From positions 223,688 to 287,687 of the forward strand of contig CAYTMQ010000004.1 in the NCBI GenBank assembly GCA_964438995.1: a DNA stretch of 64,000 nt. Direction: 5' to 3'. Positions 20,833-30,095 of this stretch are shown here, piece by piece. The position numbers and the translations under genes were made by a program. Origin of the DNA: an uncultured Chitinophaga sp. (GTDB lineage: Bacteria > Bacteroidota > Bacteroidia > NS11-12g > UBA955). The notes under the pieces were generated by a model that was given only the letters and a program-made list of their open reading frames with translations, did not search any database and was not told where the DNA came from. Each line of letters starts with the position of its first letter. Positions within the stretch are counted from its first letter, which is position 1.

Positions 20833-22935
20833 TTAACTCACCCTACCCCAGAAATGGTCGTCTTGATGTTGCTGTAAATACTCCAATAAGGCTCTGTTTT
20901 CAGGTTGTGATAAGTTTGGATCGTTTTGCAAAACGTAGGCTGATGCGCGTTTGGCCAAATCAATGATCTCGTCGTCTTTCACCAAATCAAGCAATTTGAA
21001 GTCTGGCAAGCCACTCTGACGGGTGCCTAAGACATCTCCTGGTCCTCTTAATTCTAAATCCACTTTTGAGATGTCAAATCCATTGTTGGTGGCACACATG
21101 GTTTTTATCCTTTTTTTAGCGGGATAATTCAAATCGTCTTTTGTCATCAATACACAATAACTCTGCTCTGCTCCCCTGCCCACTCTACCTCGCAACTGAT
21201 GCAGTTGAGACAAGCCAAATCTATTGGCATTTTCTATCACCATTACAGACGCATTTGGTACATTAACGCCTACCTCAATAACAGTTGTAGAAATCATGAT
21301 TTGAGTAACGCCTGATTTGAATCTGTGCATCTCTTGGTCCTTAACATCTGGTTTAAGTTTACCATGTAACAAACTAATTTGATATTGCGGAACTGGGAAA
21401 TACGAACATACCACATCATAGCCTGTCATTAAGTCGTTCAAATCCAACTTAGAAGACTCTTCAATTAAGGGATACACAATATAAGCTTGTCGGCCTTTTT
21501 CTAGTTCTCGCTTTAAAAACTGCATGACTTCTCCTCTGTATATCTCTTCTCGATGTATGGTTTTAATGGGTTTTCTATTCTTTGGCAATTCATCTATCAC
21601 TGATACATCTAGCTCTCCATGAATGGTCATAGCCAAAGTTCTGGGAATTGGCGTAGCTGTCATAACCAAAACATGCGGTTTTTTGGATGATTTGTTCCAG
21701 AGTTTCGCTCTTTGAGCCACACCAAATCGATGTTGTTCGTCTATAATGGCCAAGCCAAGTTGTTTAAAGTTGACCTCGTCTTCAATCAAAGCGTGTGTGC
21801 CAATTAAAATATTTAACTCACCATTGGCGAGGCGTTCTAGTAAAGATACCCTGTGTTTTTTGGTACTCGAACCTGTTAGCAAATCTATGCTCACCTCCAT
21901 TTCAGCAAGCTGATCTTTTAAAGTCAGATAATGTTGCGTTGCAAGGATTTCGGTTGGAGCCATCAAACACGCTTGATAACCATTGTCAATGCATACCAAC
22001 ATGCAAAACAATGCAACGATGGTTTTGCCAGATCCAACATCACCTTGCAGTAAGCGGTTCATTTGCGAACCTTTAGACATGTCTGCTTTAATTTCTTTGA
22101 TGACGCGTTTCTGAGCATTGGTAAGCTCAAAACTCAAATGATTGTGATAGAATTCGTTCACCAATTTCCCAGCTTTGTTCATTGGGATACCATTTAATTC
22201 ACCTGCTCTCAGTACCTTGCTTTTTTCTGAACGCATGGCCAGAGTGAACATTTCATCAAATTTAATTCTTCTTTCGGCAGCGGCTCTGCTCTTTTCATCT
22301 ATTGGAAAATGGATGTAGTACAAGGCTGATTTCCTATTGATGAGTTTAAGAGGTTTCAAAACAGACTCTGGGATATACTCATCCAATTCCAACTCAGTAC
22401 TCAAAACAATCTGTTTCACCAATCCCATGATGTACTTTGAATCCATAAATCTGGATTTTAGTTTTTCTGTCAACGGATAAATTGGCTCCATAGGATTGGA
22501 TTTATCTTGCTCAGCCGGGTCGTATAATTTGATTTCTGGATGCGGAATGGAGTACTTCCCATTAAAAGAATTGATTTTACCATACACTGTGTAAACACCA
22601 TCTTCTTTGAGGGATTTCTGAATGAAAGAAAAATTTTTAAACCAAATCAATTCTATGAAACCTGTTGAGTCTTTTAATAAGCATGACAAACGCTTACCAG
22701 ATTTCATTTCTATAACCCTCAATTGCGAGATTTTACCCCTCATTTGCACATTGCCTGAGTCAGGGTGAAGGTCTTTCACTTCGGAAAGAGACGACTTATC
22801 GATGTATTTAAATGGAAAATAATGTAATAGGTCTTTATAGGTAAATAACTGTAATTCAGACTTGAGTATTTCGGCTTTCTGCGGACCAACACCCTTGAGG
22901 TATTCAATAGAAGTATCTAAAAAACTCTTTGCCAA
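20833..22935 (-). CDS. recG: ATP-dependent DNA helicase RecG
   Basis: Wedge domain; Walker A GDVGSGKT; DEQH box IIDEQHRFG; helicase C. Confidence 0.95.
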   Translation of the reverse strand: MAKSFLDTSIEYLKGVGPQKAEILKSELQLFTYKDLLHYFPFKYIDKSSLSEVKDLHPDSGNVQMRGKISQLRVIEMKSGKRLSCLLKDSTGFIELIWFKNFSFIQKSLKEDGVYTVYGKINSFNGKYSIPHPEIKLYDPAEQDKSNPMEPIYPLTEKLKSRFMDSKYIMGLVKQIVLSTELELDEYIPESVLKPLKLINRKSALYYIHFPIDEKSRAAAERRIKFDEMFTLAMRSEKSKVLRAGELNGIPMNKAGKLVNEFYHNHLSFELTNAQKRVIKEIKADMSKGSQMNRLLQGDVGSGKTIVALFCMLVCIDNGYQACLMAPTEILATQHYLTLKDQLAEMEVSIDLLTGSSTKKHRVSLLERLANGELNILIGTHALIEDEVNFKQLGLAIIDEQHRFGVAQRAKLWNKSSKKPHVLVMTATPIPRTLAMTIHGELDVSVIDELPKNRKPIKTIHREEIYRGEVMQFLKRELEKGRQAYIVYPLIEESSKLDLNDLMTGYDVVCSYFPVPQYQISLLHGKLKPDVKDQEMHRFKSGVTQIMISTTVIEVGVNVPNASVMVIENANRFGLSQLHQLRGRVGRGAEQSYCVLMTKDDLNYPAKKRIKTMCATNNGFDISKVDLELRGPGDVLGTRQSGLPDFKLLDLVKDDEIIDLAKRASAYVLQNDPNLSQPENRALLEYLQQHQDDHFWGRVS

Positions 22936-23010
22936 AATCTAAAAAAAAATGTTTTGCAATATCTTACTTAAAAATTAATTTTGTGACAGATTTAAAAATA
23001 AAAAACAAAG

Positions 23011-23454
23011 ATGAAAAAACTTTTTTTAGCAATCACAGCTGCAGCATTTTTCGCAGCATGTAACAACACTCCTGCAGTTTCTGAATCAGCAACTAAAGTA
23101 GCAGGTTTAAAAACTTGGGTAGATTCAATTAGTGCTGAAGTAACCAAAACTACTACTTTTGATTCTGCTAATTGGGCAAATCTTAGCGCTCAATACCAAG
23201 AGAAAATTGCAGGTATCAATGAGTCTGAATTAGATGAAGTATCAAAAACTGCCTTAACAACTTTGAAAGGTGCATGGACTGCAACTGAAGACACTTACAA
23301 AGCAGGTATTATGAAAGCTAAAGAAGAAGCTGCAAAAGTGACTATGCCTGCAGATTCTGCTGCTGCAACAACTGCTCCAACTGACAAATCTACTTTGATT
23401 GAAAAAGTAATTGATAAAGGTGCTGAAAAAACCAAAGAAGCTCTTAAGAAATAA
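23011..23454 (+). CDS. hypothetical lipoprotein
   Basis: Signal ...AAFFAAC; A/K/E-rich. Confidence 0.4.
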   Translation: MKKLFLAITAAAFFAACNNTPAVSESATKVAGLKTWVDSISAEVTKTTTFDSANWANLSAQYQEKIAGINESELDEVSKTALTTLKGAWTATEDTYKAGIMKAKEEAAKVTMPADSAAATTAPTDKSTLIEKVIDKGAEKTKEALKK

Positions 23455-23478
23455 TTTTTAAGAAAACATATTTAAAAA

Positions 23479-23512
23479 GTTGGAGTAACATATACTCCAA
23501 CTTTTTTTTTGT
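23479..23512 (+). terminator. rho-independent terminator
   Basis: agttggagta-acata-tactccaact, then T9. Confidence 0.75.
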
Positions 23513-23527
23513 GCTTAACTTTGCTCA

Positions 23528-24022
23528 ATGAAATATCTTTTGTCATTTTGTATCATGCTTGCAGCTTGCAATAATTCTAGTCAACCTGCAACGGAACAGT
23601 CAACCACGACCAATGTCCAACAAACCGACAGTCTACCTCTTAGTTATGATGCCTTAAAGTCGACTACTCAAGACATGAGCGATAGCATGAAAGATGTCCT
23701 TCTAAAAAGCTTGAGTAAATTGGTATATCCAAACGCTAAATTCAAATCAGACACTTCAGATTTTTCGGATATCAGAGAAGCTGGCGCATTGCATAAATCA
23801 TTTGTAAATCTGCATTCAGCTATTTTAAAAAACAGTGATACTGCTAATTACGATTTAGATACCTATCAAAAAGTATACGATTTACTTGAAGCACAATTGG
23901 TAAGACGCACAGAAGCAAAACCCAAACCAAGTATAGACATCAAAGAAATGTTGATGATAGCAAAAGTAAAAAGTGACATCAACTCAGCTTTGGCACAAAT
24001 CAAACAAAAAGCCCGTCAATGA
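23528..24022 (+). CDS. hypothetical lipoprotein
   Basis: Signal ...IMLAAC. Confidence 0.4.
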   Translation: MKYLLSFCIMLAACNNSSQPATEQSTTTNVQQTDSLPLSYDALKSTTQDMSDSMKDVLLKSLSKLVYPNAKFKSDTSDFSDIREAGALHKSFVNLHSAILKNSDTANYDLDTYQKVYDLLEAQLVRRTEAKPKPSIDIKEMLMIAKVKSDINSALAQIKQKARQ

Positions 24023-24348
24023 AAACAATAGCATTATTAGTTATATCCAATATTTTCATGACCATTGCTTGGTATGGACACTTAAAATTTGAGAAAGCCC
24101 CTCTATGGAAAGTAATTGTTATTAGTTGGTTAATCGCATTTGTTGAATATTTATTTATGGTACCAGCCAACCGACTCGGAAAATTAGAAGGCATGTCGGG
24201 TTATCAATTAAAAATCACTCAAGAAGCCATCACCATCATCATTTTCGTCATTTTTGCGGTCTTTGTCTTAAAAGAGCCCTTAAAATGGAACCACGCCATA
24301 GGATTTTTATTCTTGTTTTTCGCGGTGTATTTTATGATGAAGAAATAA
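24019..24348 (+). CDS. small DMT-superfamily membrane protein (DUF486-like)
   Basis: 109 aa, four TM helices, ...TIAWYGHLKF... Confidence 0.55.
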   Translation: MKTIALLVISNIFMTIAWYGHLKFEKAPLWKVIVISWLIAFVEYLFMVPANRLGKLEGMSGYQLKITQEAITIIIFVIFAVFVLKEPLKWNHAIGFLFLFFAVYFMMKK

Positions 24349-24385
24349 TGGGCAGAAACGAATCCGTAATCAATCATTTTCGTAT

Positions 24386-24424
24386 CTTCGGTTCGGTTCG
24401 GTAGCCTGAAGTCAGCGACGAAGG
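24386..24424 (+). repeat. family-1 GC-rich repeat fragment
   Basis: cttcggttcggttcggtagcctgaagtcagcgacgaagg. Confidence 0.65.
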
Positions 24425-24573
24425 AAAATCATTATGAAACGAAAAATCCCAGAATCATCATTTTTCTTATAGGCCTCGACTGATCTAACTCATTTTAACA
24501 TACACACATACAGGGTAAACTCTACATCCAAGTCTCGAATCCGCGCCTCGGATATTAGAATTTCGATTATCCC

Positions 24574-25245
24574 TTATTTATCTTGATCATTTAAACTAAT
24601 AGAATCTACCCATAAAGTCTTTTCTTTTACATCGTTTTTATAAACAAAAGCAGTTAATATTACCTTATTTTCTTCCTGATCATATATAGCTTGAAGTGGT
24701 TTAAAATCAACCGTAATTAAATTATGGTAGTACTTTTCTTTAATTTTATGCTCAAGAAAAGGCAAGTAATCAATGGTTGAATGTATTTGAATTTCTCTAT
24801 CTCTAAAATCATCGATAGCCATTCCATAATGGTATTCTTTACAAATCAATTTTTTGCTAATTGATTGCTCATAATTTGGCTCAAAATCACCAATTACAAA
24901 AGCAAGTGCCAAAAGTCCAAAAGAACTTAAAAAATAACCAATAACATATACGATTATCATAACAAACAATCCAATATATTTTAGAGCTTTTTTTCCTTGA
25001 TACTGTGTCCAAAACAACAACAGAGAAAGGCTTAAGTAAAAGTTTGAAATTAGAATGCTGTCAATTAAACTTGAAACAAAAGAGACATTTAACGCAATTC
25101 CGATAAAAGTCAGTATAGATAGAAAGACTGATACTAGCACAATCGAATATCGAATTTTGAGTTGATTTTTTGTCCATTTAAACACCAAAAAACCAAGAAT
25201 TGGAATCACCCAAAGAGCACAAATTATTACATTAAAAATCCCCAT
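24574..25245 (-). CDS. hypothetical membrane protein
   Basis: Four or five TM helices plus a soluble C-terminal domain; 14-nt overlap with the next gene. Confidence 0.4.
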   Translation of the reverse strand: MGIFNVIICALWVIPILGFLVFKWTKNQLKIRYSIVLVSVFLSILTFIGIALNVSFVSSLIDSILISNFYLSLSLLLFWTQYQGKKALKYIGLFVMIIVYVIGYFLSSFGLLALAFVIGDFEPNYEQSISKKLICKEYHYGMAIDDFRDREIQIHSTIDYLPFLEHKIKEKYYHNLITVDFKPLQAIYDQEENKVILTAFVYKNDVKEKTLWVDSISLNDQDK

Positions 25246-25579
25246 ACCTTCTTCTCAGAATTTCGTTTATTTTTTCTGATAGTATCATCACAAGATCTTC
25301 GTCCATAAATTCATAGTCATCTGGAATATCCAGAACTTCTATCAATGGCAAATCTATGTGACTGTACAACTCATTCAATTTTGTTCTTTGACCATACTCC
25401 ATCACAAGCACTAGTTGAGCCCAGTTCAAATCTTTCTCTGAAATTTTCCTGTCACTTTTTGGACTCAGTCCAGCTGAACGAATATTGAATCTATCATCAT
25501 TTTTAAATAGATGTTCAGCCGTTCTGCTACGTCTTTTATTACGTCCACAAACTACTAGTATATTTGGTCGTACTGACAT
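25232..25579 (-). CDS. low-molecular-weight phosphatase family-like small protein
   Basis: P-loop-like VVCGRNKRRSRTAE (CX5R); 115 aa. Confidence 0.45.
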   Translation of the reverse strand: MSVRPNILVVCGRNKRRSRTAEHLFKNDDRFNIRSAGLSPKSDRKISEKDLNWAQLVLVMEYGQRTKLNELYSHIDLPLIEVLDIPDDYEFMDEDLVMILSEKINEILRRRYGDF

Positions 25580-25656
25580 TGAAAATTACAATTAAACATG
25601 TAAAATTAAACATTTAATTAGAATTCAAATTAATAATCCATCAACTATTCTCTTCA

Positions 25657-26088
25657 TTAATCTGAATAATATTTCGACTTTTGTTTTAATTTATCATACT
25701 TGTCAAAAAGCAAATAAATGCCATACATAAAAGTAAAAATCGAGGTGATTAAATATGTCGCTATATTAAATGGTTTTGGTGGGAAAATATCCGCCATTGT
25801 CTCCTCAGGATTGATGTAGGTTGATGAAATAACATATTGCCCAGATATAAACAATCCAATTGCAAAGAGCATTAATAGTATTGCAAAAAGTAATTTATAA
25901 TTCTTCATTTGATTTCTAAGTCTAATAAAAGCCATTGCATATATAAGCAATCCAAACAAAGAAAAGATAAAAGAGTAATCGAAATCATACGGTCCACCCG
26001 AACTTGTATAAGTACATGTTCCAGCAATTAATATACCTCCAAATAAGAAAGCGATTACAGTTAATATGTTAAACAATACATTAAACAT
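25657..26088 (-). CDS. hypothetical four-TM membrane protein
   Basis: Hydrophobic segments only. Confidence 0.4.
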   Translation of the reverse strand: MFNVLFNILTVIAFLFGGILIAGTCTYTSSGGPYDFDYSFIFSLFGLLIYAMAFIRLRNQMKNYKLLFAILLMLFAIGLFISGQYVISSTYINPEETMADIFPPKPFNIATYLITSIFTFMYGIYLLFDKYDKLKQKSKYYSD

Positions 26089-26122
26089 CTACTCATATTA
26101 AATAAAAAAAACGATAATTTTA

Positions 26123-26488
26123 CTATCTCAATCTAATCAAATCGCCACCTGAAAAACCACATGCAATGGCTGTCGACTTATCGAGAAAACTATCTTTAAA
26201 TTTTTCGGTATTAAAATATTGTTTGATAAGAGCAATTACATGATTGAGCACATCTTCCCAATTAGCTCCAGAAGCCTTTAACTTTAAATCTTCACAAGTA
26301 ATCATGAAATCGTAATTACATGCCCAATCTTCATCTGTTTCATCAAATTCATTTGAGCCATTTAAGTACAATTCATAATCATCTTCAGTTTCAGAGATGC
26401 CAAACCAATAGGCTATTACGTCTTTATTTGGAGTGTCATTTTCTATGATGATATTTAACCAATCATTAAAATCATTTTGTTGTATCAT
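26123..26488 (-). CDS. hypothetical acidic small protein
   Basis: D/E-rich; no motif. Confidence 0.35.
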   Translation of the reverse strand: MIQQNDFNDWLNIIIENDTPNKDVIAYWFGISETEDDYELYLNGSNEFDETDEDWACNYDFMITCEDLKLKASGANWEDVLNHVIALIKQYFNTEKFKDSFLDKSTAIACGFSGGDLIRLR

Positions 26489-26778
26489 ATTTAATCAATT
26501 TCAGTTTATTAATTATACTACTTTCAAACCTTTTTATCAAGATAAAAACGATGACAAGTCTTACTCTAAAAGTTGTCAAGTTTTTCATAGTAATAAGGCT
26601 CTACAAAAGTATTGATATTTCCTTTAAACGAAAAGGTATATTACATCCATAACAACCTCATGAAACTGAACTTTAGCGATGTCAGAGTTCGACAAAATCT
26701 AATTCCTCAGCATCTCTGACGTACTAAAATATTCGACCATCTAATGTTATAATTAATTAAGTAATGTAGCTTTCCTTA

Positions 26779-27276
26779 TCACCCCAACCATTCGACAATA
26801 CTTTTCATGTGCTCTATCTGTTCAGGCGTCAAGTCCTTAAATGTCATATCTCCTTTGTAATGTTTGTATCGTTCATCCATATAATGGATTTCAAACCCAT
26901 TACTAGCAGAATGCTTCATGTTGACTTTTGTCAACTTAAAAGTAGAGAAATCAGGAAAATTCTTCTTAAAGAAACTACTATCCTTTGCGATAACTATTGG
27001 AAAACGTTCTATTTCAAAAATGAATTTACTTCTACATAGTAAAACCCAATAATCGTTCATCATGTAGATATCACAAATTTTATCGTTGTAGAACAACCAT
27101 TTCGCCCCATTGAAAGCTGTGTGTTTTAATTTTACAGAATATAGAACAGTAGCTTGGTAATTTTTAATGAAATCAAAAAATTGTCGTATGACTTTTTTAG
27201 AATGGAAATTGTAAATAATAGAGTAAGCAAAGCGAGCTAAAAAAAGCAAACACAGAATGAGCAGAATTTTCAACAT
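26779..27276 (-). CDS. hypothetical protein with an N-terminal TM
   Basis: ORF only. Confidence 0.35.
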   Translation of the reverse strand: MLKILLILCLLFLARFAYSIIYNFHSKKVIRQFFDFIKNYQATVLYSVKLKHTAFNGAKWLFYNDKICDIYMMNDYWVLLCRSKFIFEIERFPIVIAKDSSFFKKNFPDFSTFKLTKVNMKHSASNGFEIHYMDERYKHYKGDMTFKDLTPEQIEHMKSIVEWLG

Positions 27277-27566
27277 GTTAGAATGAATGATAAAGTAGTA
27301 GTTTTAAAGTACAATAATATTGTAGCCAAAGTAATTAAACAACCTACATCTTAATCATCTATTTATTTGAATGAAATGCAAAAATGTAGATTATACTATT
27401 GATTAATTAAGCTGAAAATTGCCTATTGAACCCAAGTAAACGGGAGCAATAAACAGTTTGCATTAACTCAAAACACACTACTCTGCTCAACTACAAGCCT
27501 GACAATCAACCACATATACTCCTATTTATTTTTAACTAAAAAATCGTTTTTTTATTAAATATTTTG

Positions 27567-27574
27567 TAAATTTG
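27567..27574 (+). promoter_or_regulatory. candidate -7 box TAAATTTG for rpsA
   Basis: Matches TAnnTTTG; 26 nt upstream of the TTG start. Confidence 0.4.
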
Positions 27575-27583
27575 CCGCCCCAC

Positions 27584-27591
27584 AAAGGAGG
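27584..27591 (+). promoter_or_regulatory. Shine-Dalgarno AAAGGAGG upstream of the rpsA TTG start
   Basis: Perfect SD with a 9-nt spacer to TTG at 27601. Confidence 0.5.
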
Positions 27592-27600
27592 AAACAAAAT

Positions 27601-29736
27601 TTGACAGAAGAACAATTACAAAACGGCAATGTTCCAACTGGAGTTGAGACGGCCACAGAAACCAAAAAAACAAACACAAAATCTAAAGCAACTGCTCCTG
27701 CTTCAGATGATTTCGATTGGAGCATGGACAAAGCAGGATTTGCACATTACAATACTGCACAAAAGCAAGAGTTAGTAGACCTTTACTCTAATTCTTTAAA
27801 AGCACTTAACCAAAACGAATTAATTTCTGGTTATGTGGTATCTATTTCTGACAGAGAAGTAGTAGTGAACGTAGGATTCAAATCAGACGGTATCGTTTCT
27901 AGAAACGAATTCAAAGATTTACCAGATTTGAAAGTTGGCGACAAGGTGGAAGTTTATTTGGAGAACGTGGAAGATCAAGACGGTCAGTTAATCATTTCTC
28001 GTAAACGTGCCATTCAAGAAAAAGCTTGGGATTTCATCCTTAAAGCTATGGAAGAAGGTACAGTTCTTACCGGTTTAGTAAAAACAAGAACTAAAGGTGG
28101 TTTAGTAGTTGATGTCATGGGCATCGATGCTTTCTTACCAGGTTCTCAAATCGATGTTAAGCCTATTAAAGATTACGATCAATACGTAGGTAAAGACATG
28201 GAGTTCAAAATCGTTAAAGTAAACGACATCTTCAAAAACGTTGTGATATCTCACAAAGCGCTTATCGAAGATGATATCGAAGCTCAAAAATCTGATATCT
28301 TATCTAAACTTGAAAAAGGTCAAGTTCTTGAAGGTATCGTTAAAAATATCGCTCCATTTGGTGCGTTCGTTGACTTGGGTGGTATCGATGGCTTATTGCA
28401 TATCACTGATATGTCATGGGGTAGAATCAATCATCCAGAAGAGTTGTTGCAACTTGACCAAAAAGTTACAGTTGTTGTTCTTGAATTTGACGAGGACAAA
28501 AAACGTATCTCTCTTGGCATGAAACAATTATCTGAACACCCTTGGGATACTTTAGGCGAAGACATGACAGTTGGTGCTAAAGTGAAAGGTAAAGTTGTTA
28601 CAGTTACAGATTACGGTGCATTCGTAGAAATCAAACCAGGTGTTGAAGGTCTAGTACACGTATCTGAAATGAGCTGGAGCAGCCACTTGAGAAGTCCACA
28701 TGATTTCTTAAAAGCTGGTGACGAAGTTGAAGCAGTTATCACAGCTTTAGAAAAAGACGAGCACAAAATGTCATTAGGTATTAAACAATTAACACCTGAT
28801 CCATGGGCTAGCATCGTTGAAAAATACAAAGTGGGTAGCAAACACACTGGTATCGTTAAAAACTTAACTAGCTACGGTTTATTTATCGAGTTAGAAGAAG
28901 GTGTTGACGGTTTGGTACACGTTTCTGATTTATCTTGGACTAAGAAAATCAAACACCCATCAGAATTCATTAAGAAAGATGAGAAAATTGACGTTGTTGT
29001 ATTAGAAGTTGATTCTGAAAACAGACGTTTATCTCTTGGTCATAAACAATTGGAAGAAAATCCTTGGGATACTTTCGAAACCATCTTCTACTTACATTCT
29101 AAACATGAAGGTACTATCGTAGGTGTTAACGACAAAGGTGCTAACGTTCAATTGCAATACGGTATCGAAGGTTTCGCTCCAAAACGTCACTTAGTGAAAG
29201 AAAACGGTGGCAAATTGAAAGATGGCGAAGTATTGACTTTCGAAGTAATCGAATTCAGCAAAGACAACAAGAGCATCGTTCTTTCTCACACCAACACTTG
29301 GAAAGCAGAAGACAAATCAGCTAAAGCTGACGATCAATCAAATAAAGAAAGATCATCTAAAACAGCCAAAAACATAAACAAATCAAACGAAAAATCTACT
29401 CTTGGTGAGTTAGATGCATTCAGCGATTTGAAAGCGATGTTTGACAACGCTGGTGCTGCTAAAGAAGAAAAGCCAAAAGCTGAGAAAAAAGTAAAAGAAG
29501 AAACAGCAAAAGTTGAAACAGTTAAAGAAGAAGCAACAACAGGTAGTGATTTGAAAAAAATCAACGGTATCGGTCCAGCTTTTGAAAAACGTTTAAACGC
29601 TTTAGGTATCCACTCTTATGCTGATTTAATCGCATTAACTGACGAGAAAATCGCTGAATTGGAACAACAAGACAGCATGACCAGCCTTGAGCAATGGCAC
29701 GCTTGGATTGAAGAAGCAAAAACTTTAAATGCTTAA
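27601..29736 (+). CDS. rpsA: 30S ribosomal protein S1 with a C-terminal K/E-rich HhH extension
   Basis: Repeated S1 domains (DAFLPGSQID, GLLHITDMSW, GLVHVSEMSW, GLVHVSDLSW); C-terminal INGIGPAFEKRLNALGIHSYADL. Confidence 0.95.
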   Translation: MTEEQLQNGNVPTGVETATETKKTNTKSKATAPASDDFDWSMDKAGFAHYNTAQKQELVDLYSNSLKALNQNELISGYVVSISDREVVVNVGFKSDGIVSRNEFKDLPDLKVGDKVEVYLENVEDQDGQLIISRKRAIQEKAWDFILKAMEEGTVLTGLVKTRTKGGLVVDVMGIDAFLPGSQIDVKPIKDYDQYVGKDMEFKIVKVNDIFKNVVISHKALIEDDIEAQKSDILSKLEKGQVLEGIVKNIAPFGAFVDLGGIDGLLHITDMSWGRINHPEELLQLDQKVTVVVLEFDEDKKRISLGMKQLSEHPWDTLGEDMTVGAKVKGKVVTVTDYGAFVEIKPGVEGLVHVSEMSWSSHLRSPHDFLKAGDEVEAVITALEKDEHKMSLGIKQLTPDPWASIVEKYKVGSKHTGIVKNLTSYGLFIELEEGVDGLVHVSDLSWTKKIKHPSEFIKKDEKIDVVVLEVDSENRRLSLGHKQLEENPWDTFETIFYLHSKHEGTIVGVNDKGANVQLQYGIEGFAPKRHLVKENGGKLKDGEVLTFEVIEFSKDNKSIVLSHTNTWKAEDKSAKADDQSNKERSSKTAKNINKSNEKSTLGELDAFSDLKAMFDNAGAAKEEKPKAEKKVKEETAKVETVKEEATTGSDLKKINGIGPAFEKRLNALGIHSYADLIALTDEKIAELEQQDSMTSLEQWHAWIEEAKTLNA

Positions 29737-29756
29737 TACATTTTAAAAACTCTATA

Positions 29757-29788
29757 GAAAGGCAACCCTAGTGGTTGCCTTTTTTTTT
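29757..29788 (+). terminator. rho-independent terminator of rpsA
   Basis: ggcaacc-ctagt-ggttgcc, then T9. Confidence 0.8.
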
Positions 29789-29831
29789 GGGTCGTAGAAC
29801 CCAAACTTACCGATGGGTCGTAGAACCCAAA
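29789..29831. repeat. 17-bp direct repeat gggtcgtagaacccaaa x2
   Basis: Read directly at 29789-29805 and 29815-29831. Confidence 0.85.
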
Positions 29832-30035
29832 ATTCCCCTTAAAAATTGCTTTGCACCTTCAGTCCGCATTAGGTGGAGCCTGTCCGAAAGAATTCATTCT
29901 GGCTGGGCATACCGAATAGTAAAATTCAACATAACGTCTTAATAAGGTTTAGAATTGATGCATTGGAATAGTTTTCTATTCCGTTTAACGCGATAAATCG
30001 CGCAGCTACCTTGTATTCATTTTATTGATGGTCTC

Positions 30036-30084
30036 GAATAACGAAGAACAAATAACAAATAACGAATAACGAAGAACAAATAAC
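30036..30084. repeat. tandem heptamer repeat (GAATAAC/GAAGAAC/AAATAAC)x7
   Basis: Reverse complement of the TATTSGT heptamer array at 7123-7170. Confidence 0.9.
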
Positions 30085-30095
30085 ATTCACTATCT

